Source: Hydrolagus colliei (lineage: Eukaryota). From it: DNA of 64,000 nt. This document shows, in pieces, positions 23,601-34,615 of this stretch. The DNA is taken from assembly GCA_035084275.1 (NCBI GenBank), contig CM068743.1:128588001-128652000 (forward strand), in the 5' to 3' direction. Positions within the stretch are counted from its first letter, which is position 1, and each line of letters starts with the position of its first letter. A model generated the notes under the pieces. It was not told the DNA's origin. It saw only the letters and a list, made by a program, of their open reading frames with translations, and did no database searches. The translations under genes and the position numbers were made by a program.

Positions 23601-26600
23601 TCACTATAAAATAAATTACAAAGGGGCCCTTTTGTCTATTAATATAAACGTGTACAACTTTGAATGATATCATATGTGGGAGGTTTTACAAATTCTTTAC
23701 ATTTTTTTTGGACTGACAAAGTAAATGAGATCACTAGTAGTCAGTGTGGGAAATGATTGCATCAGGCAGGGAAGGCTCAGTGATTGGTCAGGGTGTGTGG
23801 TTTGATTCACTCCTTAAGTTACTGTGTAACCACTCGAGAGCCGATAAGTATCCAAACAAAATTGAATCCATTGTTTTTGTTTTCTTCAGACTGTACCTGG
23901 TTTATATGGTAGATGCAGTAATTATTTGCGACATATTTTTAGTGTTTTAAGTTTGCTGAAAGGGATTACGAGAAACCAAAGATTATCTCTAAAGCATCAA
24001 GCTTAATTTTAAAATGCCATCCTGTTTGCTAAACAGCTGCCTTTTACAAATTGAGGTAAAGTATTCAAAGAGAAGTACTATACTTTCAGGGTGACATTTC
24101 AATTTCTGATCTCATATTGATTAAGGGCGCTACTGAGCAGAAAATGTTGAAAATGGAAATGGGGCATAAAACTGCTTAAATGTGGTATGATTGGGGGGTC
24201 ATAAATTAATTGGAAGAGGGGCAGATGTGGGTAGTTCTTGAATTATTTGGGGGTGAAAATAAATGATGTGGGAAATATTCACCTGCTATATATCATGTTT
24301 AAATTAGTTTAAAGTTATTTTGAATCACTAAAAGCCCAATTGATAACATGAACTTGTGCATAGATTGAGTTAGTTGATATATTTACCTTACAAACTGTTT
24401 ATTCATGTTGTTCCAATATGTGCATTACTTTCTTATGTGTTGCATTGGTGTTCAGCGATGAATTGTTCTTTTTCAGGTTATCAAAGTTTTTAGTGAAGAT
24501 GGAACAAGCAAAGCAATTGAAGTTCCTTCAGACATAATAGCCAGAAATGTCTGCCAGCTACTAATTTATAAATGTCATTGTGTTGATGACAACAGTTGGA
24601 CTTTAGTAGAACATCATCATCATCTGGGTCTTGGTAAGAATCTTATATCAAATGTGTGTCGGGGGGAAATGTTAATATTGTACATTTAAACCCCAAACGT
24701 GACTAATTTGTTCCCATATTGTATTTAAACCTGCTAAAAGTTAATGAGAAGGTAAGCTATTTTTTTAAAAAATGACCCACTGGAACTACTCCAGAAATAT
24801 ATTACATTGAAGTGGAACTGAGGAGCTTCTGGATTTTGAAATCTCCATTTGTGTGGCTTAAATTTCTTATGGAGGCATCTAATTAAGAAATAATCAAATT
24901 AAACCCCATATTATAGTCAAGAGTTCTTACTATGCATTTTAGTTGAAGATTATTTTTATTTTACTTTGTCCCAAATTTATAGGCAGCTCTGATTCTTTCT
25001 TACATACCTTAAAACAGAGACGGACTTCTGACGTGAAAGGCGCTATTGTTGTTGTTAAAATGCTTTCACCATAAAGGGAGAGATACCAGCAGTACTTCTT
25101 GCTCAAATTTTGAAATCCGGGAGGCGCGTGAGCCCAACCGTTCCAGATTATTGAGGTTTTATTGTAGCAAACTCTACCACCTCCAAAGTTTCCTGCCAAT
25201 TGAAATCCGTAATGTTCAAGCTTGACGTCAGAGATGTCGTAAAGTTAATAATATTCAATGTGTATAAATCTGATAAATGTGCATCAACAGCTTCCATAAT
25301 CCAGTGGTGCTTTAATATGTAAATCTGCCTGTAGTATTTGACATGTGTTAAAGAAAAGGAACAGATTACTTGCAACTCTAAACTGAATTTAGGACCAATT
25401 CATACCGGGCCTTCATAAACTGTTTGGTACCTTTGGGGATTTTTCGATACTTAGATTAAAATATTATTAAATCTTGCAACACCAACATGTCTTTATAAGC
25501 ACTCATTCCATGCATCACTCTTGGAATCTATGCAAGAAGAGACTATATCCTACTTCTGTTAAAGCTGATTTCTTACCTACTATTTTTTTGGGTGAGGTGT
25601 TAAACAAAGGTTTCACCTGCCTGTTTCAGGTGGACGCTGATGATCCTATGACTCAATTTGAAATGGGAGCTTCTTTTAATCCTGTTCTGGCAAATATTTC
25701 TCCAGATACAGGTGTTAACCTGGCTCTAGGAAGTACTCTGATTAATAATAATAATTCTTGTTGAAGACCCGGTATGAATTGGACCTAAATTCAGTTTAGG
25801 GTTGCAAGCAGCCCGACCCCTGACTATTCAGCGCCTTGGGACGTCCTTCCAGTATGAAAGGTGCTCTACAAATGTAATTTTGTTGTTGTTGCGATATCTC
25901 AAAAGTGCTTCACAGGGTATACTGTGAAGTTGATTGATTGAGTATTTTGTGGATGAAGGCCCGGTATGAATTGGTCCTAAATTCAGTTTAGAGTTGCAAG
26001 TAATCTGTTCCTTTTCTTTAACACATGTAAAATACTACTGGCAGATTTACATATTAAAGCACCACTAGATTATGGAAGCTGTTGATGTACTTAATAGCCA
26101 GTTGCCTCCACCAATGTCCCACAAACAACCATGGAGTGAATGACCAATTTTATTTGTGGGAGTGTTGATCAAGACGCCAGGAGAAACTCTCTTCTCTTTT
26201 CAAATAGTGTCATGGGATCTTTAACATCCACCTGAAGAGGCAGATGCGACCTTGATTTAATGTCTCACCCGAAGGATGGCATCCCAGCATTGGACTGGAA
26301 TGCCAGCTCAGATGGTCTCAATATGAGGCTTGAACAACTTTCTGACTCACAGAGGGGCGAGTGCTACCATTGTGCCAGGCTGAGTATGTGGATTGAATCA
26401 GGACATTGGATTCATACTCCAGGCAGACGAACCAACAATATAACAACAAAATTACACTTGCCTTTCACATCAGGAGGAGATCCAAAACAGGCCTGGGGAA
26501 GTGATGCTTTGATGGAGATATCATCCTTCAAATGAGACACTCAACCAAGGTCCAGTCTGCTTGTTCATGTGTACGTTAAAAAACCATGGCACTATTCGAA

Positions 26601-29078
26601 AAGAGAAGAAAGTTTCTCCCATTGTCTTGGCCATTAATTCCCCAAATAAAATTAACTTTGTGGCTGTCTGTGGGACACTGCTGTGTGCAAATTGGCTGCC
26701 ACTTTTACCTATAAAATATTCAATCACTGTCTTCTCTTGCAAATTATGTGAAGCTCATTGGGATGTTTTGGTGACTTGATAAGGCAGTATATCAAATGCA
26801 AGAATTATTATTTTACATTAAATTAGTTATTCACTTGTTGCTATTTGTAGAAGCTCGCTGGCATAAATGTATTTGCCTATTTTTATTATTATTAAAATAG
26901 TCACAAGATTTAACAGGAATTACTTTGAGGCATTTTGACTCAGTATGTAGATTTATCTTCTTTCATGCAGTGTATTTAGTTTTGACTTAGTAACGCATTC
27001 AGATTTTCGTCTATGTTGTTACCTGAAACAATTTAGGTAAAATGTAATATATCTTTTTTCCAGAGAGATGTTTGGAAGACCATGAAATGGTAGTGCAAAT
27101 ACAAACCACGTGGATAATGGGAAATGAGAGCAGATTTTTATTTAGGAAAAACTATGCCAAATATGAATTTTTTAAAAGTCCTGCGGTAAGTAACTGAATT
27201 GTATAGCTAATATTTTATATTACTTCTACATCTACATTTTTCAAGTATTTACACATCAACTACAAACTCAGTGGGAGTCGGAATTCTTCCCATTTGCTCT
27301 TATTAATGCTGCCAACCAAAGTTTCAAAGTAATCCGAGCTGGACAAGCACTGTGAAGCTTGTCAGACAATGCTCTCAAAAGAGTCTCCAAGCCTCTTGCC
27401 AACCTGTGCCTCACACTTTCTACAATTGGCTAAACAGAGTGCAACCCTTCAAGGACAGAACGTACATTCCATTCCAGACATGGACATTTACAGGTGGCAT
27501 ATATTTCTGAAACTCTTTCTGGCTTGGATGGTGGTATGGTGATGGATTTTTATCTGTCCAATATTATAATATTAATTAATATAAATACAGTAGAAGCCCG
27601 TTTATCTGGCATCCGCGGGACCTGGCCAATGCCAGTTAAAGCGTGTGCTGGATATTCGGGCGGCCCGCGGCTGAAAACCCACTACAAAAAAATTAAAGTT
27701 CTTTTAACACACACCAGACTAAGTAATAACAGATAGTGGTGGAGTATTGTGTTGGTGCTTGTTGTTGGGACTGCTCTCTTGCGCTTCTCACCTTTACTGG
27801 TGGGGTTTTGTGGTCCAGCGATTCTTTTTTGAGTGAAGGGCGCCAGGCGGGTGAGGGAGGCGGCAGCGCGATTTTAAAGTTGTGTGACTTTACTAGCTGC
27901 AAGCCGAAGCCCTAGACTCTATTAGCGGCAAACCGAAATACTGCACCTGCATGACAATGTGAGTTATCGGCTAACGTTATCGGCTTGCCGCTAGAATGAC
28001 TTTGAAGTCATACTCGCTCCCGTTTTTTTCACCCACTTGGCGTGCTCCATTTTGGGGAGAGTCGCTGGACTGTAAACAACAACAACAACAAATTAGACTT
28101 ATAGAGCGCCTTTCACGTCGGGAGGACGTCCCAAGGCGCTGCACAGGAGGTGTGTGACCCGAGCTGGGAGGGGAGTGTTCGGGAGGGGGTAGAAAACGTG
28201 GGGGAGGTCGAATAATTAGGGGGGGAACAGAAGGCACGGTCGAAAAGGAAAGTCTTCAAACCGGCCTTGAAAGAGGAAAGGGAGGAAACAAGGCGGAGGG
28301 ATTGGGGGATGGAATTCCATAGGGTGGGAGCAGAGAAACTGAAGGCCCGGCCTCCGATGGTGGGGCGGTTCGGGCGGGGGGCTTGGAGCAGGCCAAGTCC
28401 TGCTGAACGGAGGGTCTGGGTGGGCTTATAGGGCAAGAGTAAATCGGATAGATAGGGCGGGGCAAGCCGTGTAAGGCCTTGAAAACGAGGACAAGGATCT
28501 TGAACTCGATCCTCTGGGGGATGGGGAGCCAGTGGAGACGGGCGAGGGTGAGGGTTATGTGGTCGTGGAGGTGGGTGCGGGATAGTACACGGGTTGCAGA
28601 GTTTTGGATGACCTGCAGCCTGTGAATGGAGGAACTGGGGAGGCCGATGAGGAGAGAGTTTCCGTAGTCCAGCCGTGAGGTGATGTACGCGTGCACGAGT
28701 GTTTCGGCAGCGTGGGGGGTGAGGTAGTTGCGGAGCATGGCAATGTTGTGCAGGTGGAAATAGGTGGTGCCGATCAAGGTGCTGATGTGGGGGAGGAAGG
28801 AGAGTTTATAGTCGAACTTGATGCCGAGGTTCCTGACTGGCTTTGTGAGGTGGAGAGTACAGCCTTGGATGTTGAGGCTGGCAGCTCCCGATGTGCGGAG
28901 GCGCTGGCTTGAGCCAATCAGGAGGGCTTCGGTCTTGCTCACGTTCAATTGGAGGAAGTTGTCCCTCGTCCAGGGCTCGATGTCGGACAGACATGCTGTC
29001 AGAACATCGATGGTCTGGGGATTGAGGGATGAGGCTGAGATGTACAGTTGGGTGTCGTCCGCATACATGTGGAAATTT

Positions 29079-29109
<31 letters not shown>

Positions 29110-32100
29110 ATCTCTCTCTTCCCCCCCCATCTCTCTCTTCCCCCCCCCCCCCCCCCCCCCCGTCTCTCCCTCCCTCCCTCTTCTGCCCCGTCTCTCCCTC
29201 CCTCTTCCCCTCCCCCCCCGTCTCTCCCTCCCTCTCCCCCACATCTCTCCCTCCCTCCCCCCCCGTCTCTCCCTCCCTCTCTCCCCACCCCTTGTATACA
29301 GTTGGGTGTCGTCCGCATACATGTGGAAATTTAAACCTCAACCGTAGCTTCATGGCTTCAAGCGCAGCATCTACCAGCGGGAATGGGGGGCGCAGGAGAG
29401 TGGTTTTGACAGTGAGTGCCAATACAATATTCTGTTGTGTTATTATTTATGCATTTACAAATGCTCCACTGCTATTGTTCCGGATACGTTCTGGTTTATT
29501 GAATGGGGACTTTTTTTTTGGCGTGCCGGTTGTATGGAATTGCCGGTGCATCGAGTCACAGATAAACGGGCTTCTACTGTATATATGTGTATGTACAGCA
29601 ATGAATGCCAAACTAAGTTGAAAATTGAAAATGTGTTGGGTTTTATTTAGCAGTGTCCAAATTTGCCAGGTTCAAGCCATATAAAATTCAGGTGCACCAT
29701 TCTTCATGTCGGTACCATGCACTCTTTAACATGTACTCTTTATGAAATTCACGGCAAAGTATGATCTAGGTCTCTGGGAGTAGTCTGAGTATAATATTTT
29801 GCTCTAGACTTGACAAGGATCTGAATTCTGTGCTTTGGGGTCTGGCGATATATCAGTTATATCGATATCAGTTATATCGATATAATTTTCATATCGATAT
29901 GCCGATATCGGAATTTTAAAAATATCGATATATCGAAACATTTGATATATGTATATTGTTTCCGGCATTGCAACCTCCTGGGCCTAGAGCATGGAATGTG
30001 CGCACACCCCGAATGCGCGCGCACTGAACTACAAGACCCAGAATGCTCATCTCTATACACAATGCACAGACCGAGGTGCAAAGCCGCCATATTGTATTCA
30101 TAGTACTTGAATACAGTATACAAGGGGTGGGGGGAGAGGGAGGGAGAGACGGTGGGGGGGAGGGGAGAGGGAGGGAGAGACGGGGTGGGAGAGGGAGGGA
30201 GAGACGGGGTGGGAGAGGGAGTGAGAGACGGGGTGGGAGAGGGAGGGAGAGACGGGGGGGGGAAAGGGAGGGAGAGGGAGGGAGAGACGGTGGGGGGAGA
30301 GGAAGGGAGAGACGGGGGGGGGGGCATGTGATAATATATAGTATATTAGATAGATAGAGGTGGGGGGGATGTGAGAGAGCAGAGAGACACAGAGAGAGAG
30401 AGATGGAGAGAATGAGTGTGAGAGACACAGAGAGAGATATTTACCTCCTGAGGAGATAAGCCCCAATGCACGCACACCTCCGAACGCGCGTGCATGCTCA
30501 GTAGAAAACCCCTGAAAATATTGATATATCGCTAAATGTTGATATGAGCCCGTCGATATATCGAAATCGGAAAATTTCCATATCGACGGACCCTACTGTG
30601 CTTACAAATACAGTAGAATGCTTATCTATTCTACAGTAGAATGCTTACCTACTGTAGAGTCCTGCAGCTCAGTGGTTAGAGCACTTGCCTCACAAGCGAG
30701 AGCTCTGGGTTCGAATCCCAGCAAAGCAAAACCTTGGGCAAGTTTTCTTAACTCCACACACCTAATAATCCCTCAAGAAAAAAACAATAATAATTTGGTC
30801 ACTCAATCCACTACTGTTTATGAAAAACTGCTATGTGCTACTGCTTTTCACCCACAAAATATGCTGCTAATTTAGTTTACATTATATGAGACGCCTAGAA
30901 GACTCAAAAGTGCTATATCAAATGCATGGATTATTATTATATGTTCTTTTAGGATTTTATGGTGAATTTTAATATTTACAACCCAATTCATAGTTATTTT
31001 TCGGACTCTTAAGGATAGGATGTGTATATTACCAAAACCTGTCTCTACTGGCAGTTTCTGGATAAGGTGGTTCCAAGAAATGCACACATGCCAAAATCTG
31101 CCTTAATGCTATACAATTCTAGTAATACTTACTGGACATGATGCACTCTCAGGTAAGCAGGTTCTATCTTAACCGTGTGTGCATTTCCGGAAATGCCATT
31201 CCAGTGAGGTGGGTTTTGTAAGCACATGTTCCTCCTTGTTGTCCTTTGACTAGCCACTTCAATAATTATTACATAAAATCTTCACATTATAAATGCTCAT
31301 CAGTCAATATACAAGAAAGTTCCTACCAATACATTCCTATCGTTTTAGCATCCTTTGGTGATGTGTTTGGGTTATTGCAGTAAGATTATACTTTTTGGTG
31401 TGCTGTCCGCAAATTTTAATTCAAAGGTAAATACAAATCCTCATGCATAAGTAGCGGATAGATCAGTGGTTCCCAACCTTTTTTTTGCTGCGACCCTAAA
31501 TTGGCCACCAACAGGTCCTCCAGACCCTTAGGAGGCGACTGCACGACTGAAGCGAAGCTCAGCCAAGACGATATCTCCTTCTCTTCTCTGTGCGCAATTT
31601 GGCTGCCGCGTTTCGCCCACAAATATACAGTTAATTTTCCTACTTTCCTTCCCCAAACTCTGTGAAGCGCTTTGGGACGTCGATAAGACGTGGAAAACGC
31701 TATATAAACTTAAGGACTACTTAATTACTTACTTACTCTTTTGTGGACTCAGCGCAACTCGCTAGTACGGTCTTTCATACAAATTGTTCAGTGTCACCTC
31801 GGGCACTTTTCAGCATTAAAAAAGAGAAAATAAATAAAAATTCTGATGACCCTTTGCAACCCAACTGAGGACCATCCCCCGACCCTGATTTGGGTCGGGA
31901 CCCGAGGTTGGGAACCACTGGCATAGATGAAATGTGAGATTACTTCTATGTACTTTTTCTAATCAAATTAGAGTATTTTTTATGTGGCTAATTTTTAGTC
32001 CATTTCCTTCATTATGCAAACAGGATCTAATTTATAGGTTCTTGTCTGTACCAGTGTTTTACAATCCAATCCAATTTACATTTCTATAACTCCTCTCACA

Positions 32101-34576
32101 TCAGGAGAATGTCTCAAAGCATGTAATTCTGCTGGTTGGGAAGCTCACATGGAGCTGTGGGAGAGAAAGTTGACAGTGCGGTCGAAGAGACACACCTTCA
32201 AGATGTACCTTGAAGTAATAATAATAAGTACAGCTTGAGACGCACCTTAAGGGAGGAAGCGTGTCGTAGGGACACTTGTGATGGAGTTCCAGAGAGTTGA
32301 TGAAAGTTTGCCTGCTGCCTATGGGGTTGGATAGGGCAGAGGATATAGCTCAGGCTGGTGAAGGCAACTTTTACGTAGTTTAACTTTAGAGAACAATTAA
32401 TGTGACACTTACAGATCGTTGGGAGAATCGATTTGAAATGATAATCACAAACTACTATTATACACACAGACCTAGAGTTATATCCCCTCCTTTCCCTCCA
32501 CCCTTCCCGACCCCAGCTCGGGTCTGTCCAGTGCCTTGAGACATCTTCTCGACAGGAAAGGTGCTATATAAATGTAATTTTGTTGTATATAGAGTTATAC
32601 GAAAATGGGCCATTCATCGTGATTAGTCCATGCTGGTGTTTAAACTCCCATGTGAGCTTCTACCTCTCTTATTTCTCTCACCTATACTCTATCGCCTTCT
32701 CCCTCATTTATGCATTGCTTTTTCTTAAATCTTTTTGCTTCAAAATGTTTTGTTCATTTTCTGTGTTCTGCATCTTCGAGTCAGGATACTCTATAATCTA
32801 GATTGAGTTAATCTGGACCACCAATTTATCTACAACTATTAAGTTTGGGGTAACTAACTGTGCAGGTTAAGCAAAAAAACTTAAATGATGTCTCCAAGAT
32901 AAATGCTTGACTTCATTTTGCCAAGCTAATGGAGCGAGCTGATCTGGAATTGAACAAACGTAACCAAATAATCTCTGAACAACTAACAGTGTGGAGGCAC
33001 ATGAACTCGCAAATTATCGTGATATTGGACTAAATTATTTACATTTCACTTTTTAAAAAAAAATCAAACCCTCTAAGGGTGTTATTAAGTACATATTTTT
33101 GAATAACATTCTTTGTTGGACAGACCTTCTTTCCAGAACAGATGGTGACCTGGTGCCAGGAATCAAATGGAAGCAACCCACATTCACAGCTCTTGCACGT
33201 AAGATTTATATATTTGAGCTTTTTCTTTTTGAAGATGTATTTAATTTTTGATGGTACATATGGTTAGAACCTTGTTGACACTTGATCGCTTGTCATTCTT
33301 ATGGGTTGTGGATGTAGTCATTCTTATGGGTTGTGGATGTAGTCATTCTCTTATCCCAAATTCACAAATCGTGACATTGCATCATCTAAAGTAAGAAAAC
33401 TGGATTTCAAACAACTCTGTGCTGATGCAATCAGGGTGGCTTTCAGCACGCATGCACATTGTCAACATAATCGTAAATATCGTGTGCAAATGCTGACCAA
33501 CAACGACAATTTTAGATTCCATCTACCTGTACTTCCTTTTAACAGGTTTTGGAAATATATGTAAGTTTTGATTGATTGATTGAACTCTCAATTTGCTGTG
33601 AATACTCTTTAGCATGGTGATGGGTTCCTGCATGTGTCAGGCACCCGACTGACCGAAAGGAAAATTACTATAGTTAGTATAATGCTGTCCAGTCAGTGCT
33701 GAAAAACTCTTAACCCTCTAGCCTTGAATTCATTTAAGAAGTTCCAAAATGTAAGTACCATTGTATTTGAACAGCAAAGTAGACCACTCAAGAATACAAA
33801 TCTATTCTATATTATACTATTTTCTTCACCATAGTAACCACCTCCTACTTCAACTAGAACAGGTGATAAAGGCTACCCCATTAGAACCTAAGTACTCCAG
33901 ATGACTGAGTTTTCTTGCAGCGCTAACTTTGCACAAAAACAACTTAAATTTTCACTTATATAGCATCCTCCGTGGAGGGTAGATTCTCAGAGCACTTAAC
34001 AGTGACAGAGCTCAGGAGGGGTCAGTAAGCACAGTCGAAGAGGTAGATTTTCAGACGGGACTTGAAAGGGGAGAGAGGGGGCAAGGCAGAGGGATTGAGG
34101 GAGAGTGTTCCAGCGTATTGACGCATTGTGCCTTAAGCGCGTCCTTTGATGGTGGGACGGAGGGTACACCCCATCCAGCCATGGAGTCATCATTGTTTCA
34201 GGACGTCGTAGCAGTGATGACCAGCAAGCCTGGATGTCAACTATTTTACTGCCCTTATAATGCGTGATAATAGACACAGAACACCCTAATGGAGTTGCCA
34301 TGTATTTCTAATGGGATTATTTGTCAGTGAATTGGACAATTTAGAACAGTGGTTCCCAAATCAGGGTCTGGGGGTCCTCAGTAGGGTCACGAAGGGTCAT
34401 CAGAATTTTTTCTTTTTTAATGCTGAAAAGTGCCCAAGGCGACACCGCCGACGAATTTGCATAAACGACCATACTAGCGAGTTGTGCAGAGTCCACAAAA
34501 GAGATGACGGTATCGTCTTGGCTGAGCTTCGCTTCAGTCGTGCAGTCGCCCCCTACGAGTTGGAAGTCCTGTTGGT

Positions 34577-34615
<39 letters not shown>

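Noticed and set aside
28256-29422. 388-aa RT ORF as a functional or domesticated gene
   Set aside because: It is a 5'-truncated L2 starting at YADD; the N-terminus is read through a minisatellite and the C-terminus is frameshifted.
30659-30725. tRNA genes (also at 1224 and 49093)
   Set aside because: A and B boxes run straight into a SINE core and tail with no complete acceptor stem; these are SINE heads.
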